From the NCBI GenBank assembly GCA_018064385.1, contig JAGHVI010000199.1, positions 1-34,216 on the forward strand: a stretch of 34,216 nucleotides of DNA, given 5' to 3'. The first letter of the stretch is position 1, and each line of letters opens with the position of its first letter. The stretch comes from Candidatus Minthenecus merdequi (GTDB taxonomy: Bacteria; Bacteroidota; Bacteroidia; Bacteroidales; Paludibacteraceae). The translations under genes were made by a program, and so were the position numbers. Below are positions 27,700 through 34,216 of the stretch, in pieces. The notes under the pieces were generated by a model. It ran no database searches and had not been told where the DNA came from. It saw nothing but the letters and a program-made list of their open reading frames with translations.

Positions 27700-28220
27700 T
27701 GTTCCAAAGAGTATATAGCATGAAAGAATGATGATTTAGAGCGATCTTCTATTTTTATGCCTTTTCGTGCCATATTCAACATACCATCATCCATTAGATT
27801 AGTAAAATTATGAAATCTGCCCAAAGCAAGGTAGGCGGTCAAACGTTCCAATTCATTCTGGGAATCCTCCATAGCGAGCAAATCTGGTATCAAACTTGGA
27901 ATTTTAGACAGAAGAGCAAATGATATTATCTCAGCCAGTTCAGAATTCGAGACACCCTTCATCCATTGGCGAAGTCGTACAGAATCCATCACATCAAGAG
28001 GACAAAGCAACGTTGCGATAAGTTTATGTTCGCGCACTTCAGAATTCCAAAGTTGAACAGAAATGTCGTAATCACGGTCAAATTCCGTTGCGATTTCGCA
28101 TATTCTGACCCAGTCAACGCCCAAAGTCTTGGAATAACCCAATGAAGAATTACGAAGTTTTTCGGCACATATTCCGTTCATCGAGAGAGCCAATCTATGT
28201 TTTATTTGTGTTATAGTCAT
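27696..28220 (-). CDS. Short HEAT-like repeat protein, possibly of the DNA alkylation repair (AlkD-like) family.
   Basis: Helical repeat pattern with LWNSEVREHKLIATLL, resembling AlkD-family repeats. At 174 aa it is shorter than typical members. Confidence 0.45.
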   Translation of the reverse strand: MTITQIKHRLALSMNGICAEKLRNSSLGYSKTLGVDWVRICEIATEFDRDYDISVQLWNSEVREHKLIATLLCPLDVMDSVRLRQWMKGVSNSELAEIISFALLSKIPSLIPDLLAMEDSQNELERLTAYLALGRFHNFTNLMDDGMLNMARKGIKIEDRSKSSFFHAIYSLEQ

Positions 28221-28281
28221 TGCGATGAAATATCATTATCAGAGAGTTAAGAACCGAACGAGCAATTCTTGACGTGACTTG

Positions 28282-28289
28282 CAAAGTTA
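28282..28289 (-). promoter_or_regulatory. -7 box (TAACTTTG on the minus strand) heading the long minus-strand gene run that starts at 28220.
   Basis: CAAAGTTA on the plus strand, 62 nt upstream of the start codon. Confidence 0.55.
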
Positions 28290-28380
28290 CTAAAAATATT
28301 TCTAAATCTCAAACAAATCGGACGAAAAAATAATTATGAAAAAAAACATCGTTTTTCTTGCATATATGCGAAAAATGTCG

Positions 28381-28388
28381 TACCTTTG
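28381..28388 (+). promoter_or_regulatory. -7 box TACCTTTG for tRNA-His.
   Basis: Exact TAnnTTTGCA match, 27 nt upstream of the tRNA 5' end. Confidence 0.6.
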
Positions 28389-28414
28389 CACACGCTTTCG
28401 AGAGGAAGTTTTAT

Positions 28415-28489
28415 GGTGGACGTAGCTCAGTTGGTTAGAGCATCGGATTGTGGTTCCGAGGGTCGTGGGTTCGAGTCCCATCTTCCACC
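28415..28489 (+). tRNA. tRNA-His (anticodon GTG) with an encoded G-1.
   Basis: Hand fold: G-1 plus acceptor GTGGACG/CTTCCAC (one C-U mismatch), anticodon stem TCGGA/TCCGA with loop TTGTGGT, T arm GTGGG-TTCGAGT-CCCAT, discriminator C. Confidence 0.9.
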
Positions 28490-28510
28490 CCCAGATGAAA
28501 TTTCATAGAA

Positions 28511-28547
28511 AAAGAGTGTTGTATTTTTGATACGACACTCTTTTTTT
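28511..28547 (+). terminator. Intrinsic terminator after tRNA-His.
   Basis: AAAGAGTGTTGTA-TTTTTGA-TACGACACTCTTT followed by a T-run. Confidence 0.75.
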
Positions 28548-28564
28548 GATTAAAGGTTGACAGG

Positions 28565-28591
28565 TTGTCAGTCGGTCACATAGCCCGCTAT
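28565..28591. repeat. Perfect reverse complement of 78..104 (TTGTCAGTCGGTCACATAGCCCGCTAT). It is part of a ~100-nt modular intergenic repeat.
   Basis: Compared base by base. The downstream modules TGCTAAAAATAAACTTCAAAATCGTC (28616..28641) and AATTTATAGAACCACCC (28649..28665) match 114..137 and 174..190 in direct orientation. Confidence 0.9.
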
Positions 28592-28652
28592 GCTCCCTTC
28601 TTCCGCACAGCAATCTGCTAAAAATAAACTTCAAAATCGTCTCAACCTAATT

Positions 28653-28726
28653 TATAGAACCACCCATAAAAAAAATGGAGGCTGAAATTGCCTCCATTTT
28701 CGTGTGATATTAAGGGTGGTTCTATA
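28653..28726. repeat. Nested palindrome. Two 13-bp arms, TATAGAACCACCC (28653..28665) and GGGTGGTTCTATA (28714..28726), flank a bidirectional terminator hairpin.
   Basis: Both arms were read directly from the sequence and are perfectly complementary. Confidence 0.9.
28668..28700. terminator. Bidirectional intrinsic terminator between tRNA-His and the convergent OMP gene.
   Basis: AAAATGGAGGC-TGAAATT-GCCTCCATTTT with an A-run on one side and a T-run on the other. Confidence 0.8.
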
Positions 28727-28729
28727 CAT

Positions 28730-30817
28730 TTATTTTCTCTTCTTCTCTCTGTCAAATTTGTATGAGAAACCAACGAGTATTTGGCAATGATTTTGATTGT
28801 ACTCCTTGGTGATTGTTTCGTTACCAGACTTTTGTATATCAGTCGAAAGATAATCGTATGTATTTTCGAAGGTCAATCGTGCCGACCAAGGGCCCCAAGC
28901 TTTGCTAACATTCAACTCCATATATACTACATCTCCCTTAGTGATATCGCCGTGATAGATATGACTATTGTAAATACATTGTCCTGAGACAATCCAGCCC
29001 TTTTCGAAATGGAGTACAGGTAGTACCATCAGGTTATAATAAAACATATTATCACGCTTATTGGAGTTTTCAGGTTTTTGGATATTGTCGTAGAAATTTG
29101 CACCAAAAGTTACTGAAAGCAGTCCTGTCTGCCAGAAGAGCGAAACTCTGCCGTCGATGATATGATTGGTAACATCACTATTCTTCCAGGTTACAGTCGG
29201 TGCTCCACCTAACGTATCAGGAATTGTTGTTTGATAAATAAGGTTTTCAGAGTTTACATATTCGACAGCTGCGCTCAACTGCAGTTCGTGACGTTTATTG
29301 CTGTATTGGTAAGAATACTGTAAATCAACATTATAGAGAATAGGTTCTTTCAACGAACTTACACCTTGATACCACTTATTCTCAATTTGATTATAGTACT
29401 TCTTGCTATACAGCTGCAAATTGCTTGGTGTAGTTATACTACGCGATGTTGAAGTACGTAATTGGTGGTTTTTCACTGGGGTATAAGTGAAGTTGAAATT
29501 TCCGAAAACATCGTTGTAAAAATTATTTTGCCAACTTGAATCACCACCTCTGCCCCGTCTGACCTTGAAACGATACTTCATCGACAACTCCATTTGTATT
29601 TTAGAGTATTCGTAATTAAATGTAAGATATGGGGTTAGTGTATAATCCTGAGTAAAGTCATCAAAAATTTTATACGTATTTTGCACTGAATAGTCAGTAC
29701 CATTTGCAAATCCCATATTGAAATTGAGTCCTGGTTTCAATTTAAGAATATGTGCGGCACTTTCAGGCAGGAGATGAAATCTGTAGTATATAGAAGTAGA
29801 GATATTGTGTGGCCTGCTGATATATTTAGAGTATTTTTCTCCAGATTTACGTTCCATTTCATTGTAAAGTCCCGAATAAAGAAACATATTTTCGTCTTTT
29901 GCATAATTATTGCTGTAAGTGAGTGAAGCATAGAGTTTTTGGTCTCGTCGGTCGTAAAGACGTTCAAACTTAAGAATTACATCTGTCTGAGAATGAAGAG
30001 CAGGAGCATTGAGATAAGAATAACCGCTTAAATATGTACCAATATCTGTTTTATTTTTGTCAACATATTGCACAAAATGAGTCATTTGACTAGTTGAATC
30101 AGTGTAGTTATCAAGGTTTTGTATAGCCCAAAAAGTCAGTTTGTCGTATTTATTGAATTGATATGCAAGACCGAATTTTAATGCTTCGCTAAATCCTTTA
30201 TAATAATTATTAAAGAAACGCCACTCTGCTGCATTTGAATAATCTAATGATTCTTTTTCTTCTTCCTTGTAATCGTAGTAATTAAACATAGCAGAGCCAT
30301 AGATGGTCAACTTATTTTTTTTATAAGCCAAAGCGACAGACGGCATCACTCTAAAATCAGAGGAAACATCCAACGACACTTGACCAGAAAAGCCAGAATC
30401 GACAGCCAAGGTAACAATATTTATCACGCCACCCACGCCGCTGGTAGATTGCGACACAGAAGGGTCAGTAGAAATCTCGACATGATGGATTTCAGAAATC
30501 ATCGTATGAGCCAATACATTATATTTATTAAAACCGACCGACACACCATCAAGTTGGACATCGTATCGATTTAAGATGTCATTAATGTTACGATCAAGCA
30601 ACTCTGGGAACATAGTAAGTACGTCAACAACCATTGTGTTTGGTGGGAGTCCCAACTCGTTGACGTATATTAATTTTTCGTCAATACCAAGTACCACGAT
30701 ATCACGTTGAGGAGGAATAGAGTCACTGTCATTAGGAGCGACGAATTCAGTATTGACCTCTGCAAAAGAGGTCAAACTCAACGTTAACAGTATAAAAAAA
30801 AGGAATACTCTTCTCAT
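28730..30817 (-). CDS. Outer membrane beta-barrel protein (TonB-dependent-receptor-like, OMP_b-brl_3 type).
   Basis: Signal peptide. Long alternating aromatic/polar beta-strand pattern rich in Y/F/N/S. A near-C-terminal VGFSYKF strand is followed by DREKKRK. Confidence 0.65.
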   Translation of the reverse strand: MRRVFLFFILLTLSLTSFAEVNTEFVAPNDSDSIPPQRDIVVLGIDEKLIYVNELGLPPNTMVVDVLTMFPELLDRNINDILNRYDVQLDGVSVGFNKYNVLAHTMISEIHHVEISTDPSVSQSTSGVGGVINIVTLAVDSGFSGQVSLDVSSDFRVMPSVALAYKKNKLTIYGSAMFNYYDYKEEEKESLDYSNAAEWRFFNNYYKGFSEALKFGLAYQFNKYDKLTFWAIQNLDNYTDSTSQMTHFVQYVDKNKTDIGTYLSGYSYLNAPALHSQTDVILKFERLYDRRDQKLYASLTYSNNYAKDENMFLYSGLYNEMERKSGEKYSKYISRPHNISTSIYYRFHLLPESAAHILKLKPGLNFNMGFANGTDYSVQNTYKIFDDFTQDYTLTPYLTFNYEYSKIQMELSMKYRFKVRRGRGGDSSWQNNFYNDVFGNFNFTYTPVKNHQLRTSTSRSITTPSNLQLYSKKYYNQIENKWYQGVSSLKEPILYNVDLQYSYQYSNKRHELQLSAAVEYVNSENLIYQTTIPDTLGGAPTVTWKNSDVTNHIIDGRVSLFWQTGLLSVTFGANFYDNIQKPENSNKRDNMFYYNLMVLPVLHFEKGWIVSGQCIYNSHIYHGDITKGDVVYMELNVSKAWGPWSARLTFENTYDYLSTDIQKSGNETITKEYNQNHCQILVGFSYKFDREKKRK

Positions 30818-30838
30818 AATTATATAATATGTGTAATT

Positions 30839-31144
30839 TTACTCTGGTTCTTCGATTAAGAAAACATCCTCGTCCTCAGCATGCATTAAGTACTGTTCGC
30901 GTGCGTAACGTTCGAGTGTTGAGTCATTTTTGCAAAGGTTAGTAATATTCTCATCAGTTTTTGAGATACGTTCCTCGTAGAACTCAATGTCATCATTCAC
31001 TCTTTTCTGCTGTCTGTATAGTTCAAATCTTTTCAAGAAACTATACTCGTCAATAAAGGCGATAAAGATAAAGAAAATCACAAAAGTGATGGTATATTTA
31101 TTAATCCAGAAAGGGCGCTTATACCATAACGACCTAATATTCAT
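30839..31144 (-). CDS. Septum formation initiator family protein (FtsB/DivIC-like).
   Basis: 101 aa with a single N-terminal TM segment and a coiled coil. The C-terminal ERYAREQYLMHAEDEDVFLIEE is typical of the family. Confidence 0.7.
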   Translation of the reverse strand: MNIRSLWYKRPFWINKYTITFVIFFIFIAFIDEYSFLKRFELYRQQKRVNDDIEFYEERISKTDENITNLCKNDSTLERYAREQYLMHAEDEDVFLIEEPE

Positions 31145-31194
31145 ACTATTGTAACAGTATAAAATGTTAATTGTAACTTACAGCAATAATGCTG

Positions 31195-31202
31195 CAAATT
31201 TA
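31195..31202 (-). promoter_or_regulatory. -7 box (TAAATTTG on the minus strand) for the ftsB-like/OMP unit.
   Basis: CAAATTTA on the plus strand, 51 nt upstream of the start codon. Confidence 0.5.
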
Positions 31203-31325
31203 ATAATAAAAATTGAGAATACAATATATTTATGGAAAAAAAATTCACACATCGACTTTTTCGTCATCAGTTGACTAAGGGAAAAAATAAATAGTAAAAA
31301 GTTTGGTTGAATGAAAAAAAAGTTG

Positions 31326-31333
31326 TAACTTTG
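31326..31333 (+). promoter_or_regulatory. -7 box TAACTTTG for rpsF-rpsR-rplI, with a TTTG -33-like element 20 nt upstream.
   Basis: Exact TAnnTTTGCA match. It lies within a 21-nt block (31323..31343) that is identical to 33487..33507. Confidence 0.65.
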
Positions 31334-31400
31334 CAGCCGATTTTCAAGCTTATGCTTGGAGATATGTATCTAATTCATTAACAAACAAAAAACAATCATT

Positions 31401-31745
31401 ATGATGAACCATTATGAGGCTGCTTTCATTTTGACTCCCGTTTTGTCTGACGTGCAGATGAAGGAAGCAGTTGAAAAGTTCAAGAGTTTTCTCACAGAGA
31501 ACAGTGCAGAAATCGAGAACGAAGAGAAATGGGGTTTGCGCAAACTTGCATATCCTATTCAGAAGAAGTCGACGGGCTTCTATTGCTTGCTGCAGTTTGC
31601 AGCAGACCCAGCACTTGTTTCCAAATTTGAGTTGCAACTTCGCCGTGACGAACGAGTAATGCGTTTCTTGACATTCCGTCTTGACAAATACGCATTGGAG
31701 TATGCACAGAAACGTATGAACAAAAAAAATGAGGAGGGCAAATAA
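31401..31745 (+). CDS. rpsF: 30S ribosomal protein S6.
   Basis: [16 protein letters not shown]... and [13 protein letters not shown]. The gene sits immediately upstream of rpsR. Confidence 0.9.
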   Translation: MMNHYEAAFILTPVLSDVQMKEAVEKFKSFLTENSAEIENEEKWGLRKLAYPIQKKSTGFYCLLQFAADPALVSKFELQLRRDERVMRFLTFRLDKYALEYAQKRMNKKNEEGK

Positions 31746-31747
31746 TC

Positions 31748-32014
31748 ATGGCAAACAACACTGACATTCGTTTTCTCACTCCTATCGCAGTAGATAGCCA
31801 GAAGAAAAAGTACTGCCGTTTCAAGAAAAGCGGTATCAAGTACATTGATTACAAAGACCCTGAGTTTCTCAAGAAATTCTTAAACGAGCAAGGAAAGCTT
31901 CTTCCACGCCGCATTACCGGCACTTCGCTCAAATATCAGCGTAAGGTTGCACAGGCAGTAAAACGTGCACGTCACTTGGCATTGCTTCCATACGTAACAG
32001 ACTTAATGAAATAA
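31748..32014 (+). CDS. rpsR: 30S ribosomal protein S18.
   Basis: [49 protein letters not shown]. Confidence 0.9.
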   Translation: MANNTDIRFLTPIAVDSQKKKYCRFKKSGIKYIDYKDPEFLKKFLNEQGKLLPRRITGTSLKYQRKVAQAVKRARHLALLPYVTDLMK

Positions 32015-32029
32015 AAGGGAGGAATCTAT

Positions 32030-32476
32030 ATGGAAATCATACTTAAAGAAGATGTGGCTAACCTTGGCTACAAAGACGACATAGTAAACGTTAAGCGTGG
32101 TTACGGACGTAATTACCTTATTCCTACAGGCAAAGCAGTTATCGCAACAGAATCAGCTCGTAAAGTGTTGGCAGAGAATCTCAAACAGCGTGCACATAAA
32201 CTTGCTCAGATTAAAGCCAATGCCGAAGAACTTGCTGCTAAGATAAACAACATCACTGTAACAATTGCAACCAAGACAAGTTCGACAGGAACAATCTTTG
32301 GTTCAGTCAATAGTCTTCAGGTTTCGGAAGAACTTGCAAAACTTGGTCACGAGGTTGACCGCAAGTGCATTGTCATCAAAGAGCAAATCAAAGAGGTTGG
32401 TGATTATGTAGCAGTAGCAAAACTCCACAAAGAAGTTTCTGCTAACATCAATCTCCACGTCATCACAGAGGAATAA
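32030..32476 (+). CDS. rplI: 50S ribosomal protein L9.
   Basis: MEIILKEDVANLGYKDDIVNVKRGYGRNYLIPTGKAV. Confidence 0.9.
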   Translation: MEIILKEDVANLGYKDDIVNVKRGYGRNYLIPTGKAVIATESARKVLAENLKQRAHKLAQIKANAEELAAKINNITVTIATKTSSTGTIFGSVNSLQVSEELAKLGHEVDRKCIVIKEQIKEVGDYVAVAKLHKEVSANINLHVITEE

Positions 32477-32485
32477 TCACACTTA

Positions 32486-32540
32486 CAACAATAAAAGAAG
32501 GTCGGGTTCAGTATATGAATCCGACCTTCTTTTATTGTTG
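32486..32540. terminator. Bidirectional terminator with a perfect 20-bp stem between rplI and the convergent channel gene.
   Basis: The stem is CAACAATAAAAGAAGGTCGG paired with CCGACCTTCTTTTATTGTTG. The 15-nt loop can extend the stem through TTCA/TGAA. Confidence 0.8.
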
Positions 32541-32552
32541 GGTGGTTCTATT
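32540..32552 (-). repeat. Copy of the AATAGAACCACCC box (minus-strand orientation), directly abutting the terminator stem.
   Basis: GGGTGGTTCTATT on the plus strand. With its flank it matches 173..190 at 18 of 19 positions. Confidence 0.8.
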
Positions 32553-32601
32553 AATTAATCACAAAAGTGCGTTTTCAGACTTTTTCAAGTGGACTAAATA
32601 G

Positions 32602-33411
32602 TTACTCCTTTTGCTCTGGGAACTCGTTAGAATCAAGGTTCTTTTCCTTGAGAATTGTATCAATTTTCTGTTCTAAGCGGTTGATTTTTTCTATCATCTC
32701 ATCGTTATTGTCGCTAACCATAGCATCAACAAAGATAGAGTTAATCAGAGACATACAAATAATACCTCCGAGGATAAGAATAAAACAGAAAAAGCATCGA
32801 ATTGCGGCAGCGATTGGAGGAGAATAATGGGAAGCGACAGCATCAGGGATTTCGTACCATCCTTCAATTGTGAAGAGTCTGAAAATAGAATAAAGGGAGC
32901 CGCTTGGTGTATCAAAAAACTCTGGGGTGGTTTGATTGAAGAGCGAACAACATATAAGAGAGAACATAATCATAATCATAAAAGCAATGATTATGACGGC
33001 ACTTGCGTCGCGAAGAGCCTTTTTGAAATTCTCGGCAATAGCAGAAAAATTAGGGAAGAAATGAGTTAAACGGAAAAAACGGAAGACACGGAGGATACGC
33101 AGGCTAAGGATGAAAGATGCATTTGAATTGAAAATATGAGGAAAGAAAAGAGCACCTATGCTAGGCAAAGAGAGGATAACAAGAGAGCCATCGAGCCTAT
33201 TCCAACCCATCTTCCAGTAGTTTAAAAAACCGTTTTTGGCTTGTTTGACCAACATCTCGAATATGAAGAAAAAAATCGTAGTATAGTCAACAAAGGTAAC
33301 GATTGGAGAAGAATAGCCATACTCTTCAATAACAATAGTAGTGATATTCAATAGAATAGCAACATTGATAATTCTATCATTGATGAATATTCGATATAAA
33401 AGATTATTCAT
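32602..33411 (-). CDS. Single-domain voltage-gated ion channel (BacNav/NaChBac-like Ion_trans family) with a C-terminal coiled coil.
   Basis: Six TM segments. S4 is LRILRVFRFFRL, with Arg at every third position. The pore motif is FRLFTIEGW. The C-terminus reads NDEMIEKINRLEQKIDTILKEK. The start was set at MNNLLY because a minus-strand -7 box lies inside the longer ORF-track extension. Confidence 0.7.
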   Translation of the reverse strand: MNNLLYRIFINDRIINVAILLNITTIVIEEYGYSSPIVTFVDYTTIFFFIFEMLVKQAKNGFLNYWKMGWNRLDGSLVILSLPSIGALFFPHIFNSNASFILSLRILRVFRFFRLTHFFPNFSAIAENFKKALRDASAVIIIAFMIMIMFSLICCSLFNQTTPEFFDTPSGSLYSIFRLFTIEGWYEIPDAVASHYSPPIAAAIRCFFCFILILGGIICMSLINSIFVDAMVSDNNDEMIEKINRLEQKIDTILKEKNLDSNEFPEQKE

Positions 33412-33436
33412 AAGACGTGTCAGATAAAAATGTTTG

Positions 33437-33444
33437 CAAAGATA
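33437..33444 (-). promoter_or_regulatory. -7 box (TATCTTTG on the minus strand) for the channel gene.
   Basis: CAAAGATA on the plus strand, 26 nt upstream of the ATG at 33411. Confidence 0.5.
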
Positions 33445-33489
33445 TAAAATATTTTTGAGAAAAAGTGCTTTCAAACGAGAAAAATATTG

Positions 33490-33497
33490 TAACTTTG
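33490..33497 (+). promoter_or_regulatory. -7 box TAACTTTG for the Cys-rich lipoprotein gene.
   Basis: Lies within the 21-nt block TTGTAACTTTGCAGCCGATTT, identical to the rpsF promoter block. Confidence 0.6.
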
Positions 33498-33572
33498 CAG
33501 CCGATTTCGTGAGGAATCAAACAATCACGCAATCAACAAATATTCAATACAAATAACTAATCATTTTTTACA

Positions 33573-34214
33573 ATGAAAAAGAGAATTTTTGGATTTATGG
33601 CTTTAGCCATCGCCTTCACATTTGGCACAATGATGTCATGCAGTGAAAAAGTTGAAGAAGAAGCAGCTATGCAAGTAGCAACAGTTAACGACTCAATTGA
33701 GGCACTCGTTGGTGACACAATCCTCATTGAAGGTACAGTAGAGCACATTTGCCAGTGCACTGGGACAAAGATGATGTTCGCAGGAGCTGAGTTCAAATGC
33801 GTATGGGATTCAGTATTTGATCAGGCACTTATGGGTCAAGTTGTTCGCGTAAAGGGTATTGTTTGCGAAAAACAGACCACAGCAGACGACATCAATGCAA
33901 TGATTGCAGAACTTCAAGCAAAAATGCAGGCTGACTCGATTGCTGCTGCTAATGGAGAGGCACAAAAAGAGTGCTGCGAAGGCAAGGGCGGTGAAAAATG
34001 CTGCGGAAAGGAAGGATGCGAGAAACACGAAGGCGAGCATGAGTGCTGCGCAGAGAATCACGAAAATGATTCAGCTTGCTGTCCAATGATGAAACTTCAG
34101 GGTATGCTTGAGCAAATTGCTGAGCGCGATTCAGTTGAAGGCAAAGCTTATCTTTCTGAGTATTATATTCAGGTTGTTTGCTGCAAGCCAGTACCAGCTA
34201 CACCTGCTGAGTAA
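33573..34214 (+). CDS. Hypothetical lipoprotein with a Cys/His/Glu-rich C-terminal region (five CC dipeptides).
   Basis: Lipobox TMMSC. The C-terminal region reads KECCEGKGGEKCCGKEGCEKHEGEHECCAENHENDSACCPMMK ... VVCCKP. No family recognised. Confidence 0.6.
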   Translation: MKKRIFGFMALAIAFTFGTMMSCSEKVEEEAAMQVATVNDSIEALVGDTILIEGTVEHICQCTGTKMMFAGAEFKCVWDSVFDQALMGQVVRVKGIVCEKQTTADDINAMIAELQAKMQADSIAAANGEAQKECCEGKGGEKCCGKEGCEKHEGEHECCAENHENDSACCPMMKLQGMLEQIAERDSVEGKAYLSEYYIQVVCCKPVPATPAE

Positions 34215-34216
34215 TG

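Noticed and set aside
78-28591. The 27-bp inverted repeats considered as termini of a mobile or integrated element at tRNA-His.
   Set aside because: The interior consists of core housekeeping genes (proS, lspA, pyrH, exbBD, S41 peptidase and others). No integrase, transposase or conjugation genes are present, and there is no compositional shift visible by eye.
31149-31184. Additional TTGTAAC copies (31149, 31171) resembling the rpsF promoter block, considered as duplicated promoters or inverton arms.
   Set aside because: The -7 box is defective in both (TAACAGTA, TAACTTAC), and no flanking inverted repeats were found. They are likely chance or decayed duplications.
33412-33474. N-terminal extensions of ORF-track entries: channel gene to 33474, tatD to 20591, pepC from 8881 and the pssA-like gene to 26989.
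   Set aside because: The extensions contain a promoter box (channel), lie within the upstream gene (tatD, pssA-like) or precede a clear signal peptide (pepC). The shorter starts give canonical N-termini and ATGA/GTGA start-stop overlaps.

Overview
This window looks like a Bacteroidales (Bacteroidota) chromosomal core region. Evidence for that placement: TAnnTTTG -7 promoter boxes before most transcription units, no Shine-Dalgarno sequences, an archaeal-type ProRS, HU-SPOR, DUF4296 and GSCFA proteins, and BspA-type LRR proteins. I support 36 protein genes, 2 tRNAs (Ser-GGA, His-GTG), about 11 promoter boxes and 6-7 hairpin terminators.

Gene content is mostly housekeeping:
- LTA-synthase-like transferase with a GH20 hexosaminidase
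- lipoprotein Ntn (choloylglycine-family) hydrolase
- hemW, a GSCFA protein, pepC and a BspA-like LRR protein
- one long minus-strand run: mlaEF-like ABC genes, dksA-like, lspA, DUF4296, a small ORF and proS
- exbB, a membrane protein and two exbD genes
- tatD, a murU-like gene and an amgK-like/RapZ-CTD fusion
- thioredoxin, S41 peptidase, a DjlA-like protein, pyrH, a pssA-like gene, HU-SPOR and an AlkD-like protein
- an outer-membrane beta-barrel protein and an ftsB-like gene
- rpsF-rpsR-rplI
- a BacNav-like ion channel and a Cys-rich lipoprotein

I see no CRISPR array, transposase, integrase, reverse transcriptase or recognisable defence or toxin cassette. I cannot point to a clear novel multi-gene system.

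The observations most worth a second look are non-coding or architectural:
- a two-copy modular intergenic repeat containing a perfect 27-bp inverted repeat 28.5 kb apart, one copy next to tRNA-His
- a recurring (T/A)ATAGAACCACCC box placed just before hairpin terminators
- a 76-nt near-perfect palindrome followed by an orphan promoter, a CAATCA-repeat region and a C8 tract, which is a candidate sRNA
- a GC-rich, codon-periodic orphan segment that may be a foreign gene remnant
- a kinase/RapZ C-terminal domain fusion next to a MurU-like gene
- an Ntn-hydrolase lipoprotein with a roughly 115-aa pro-segment

All family calls come from motif recognition by eye. No database search was run.
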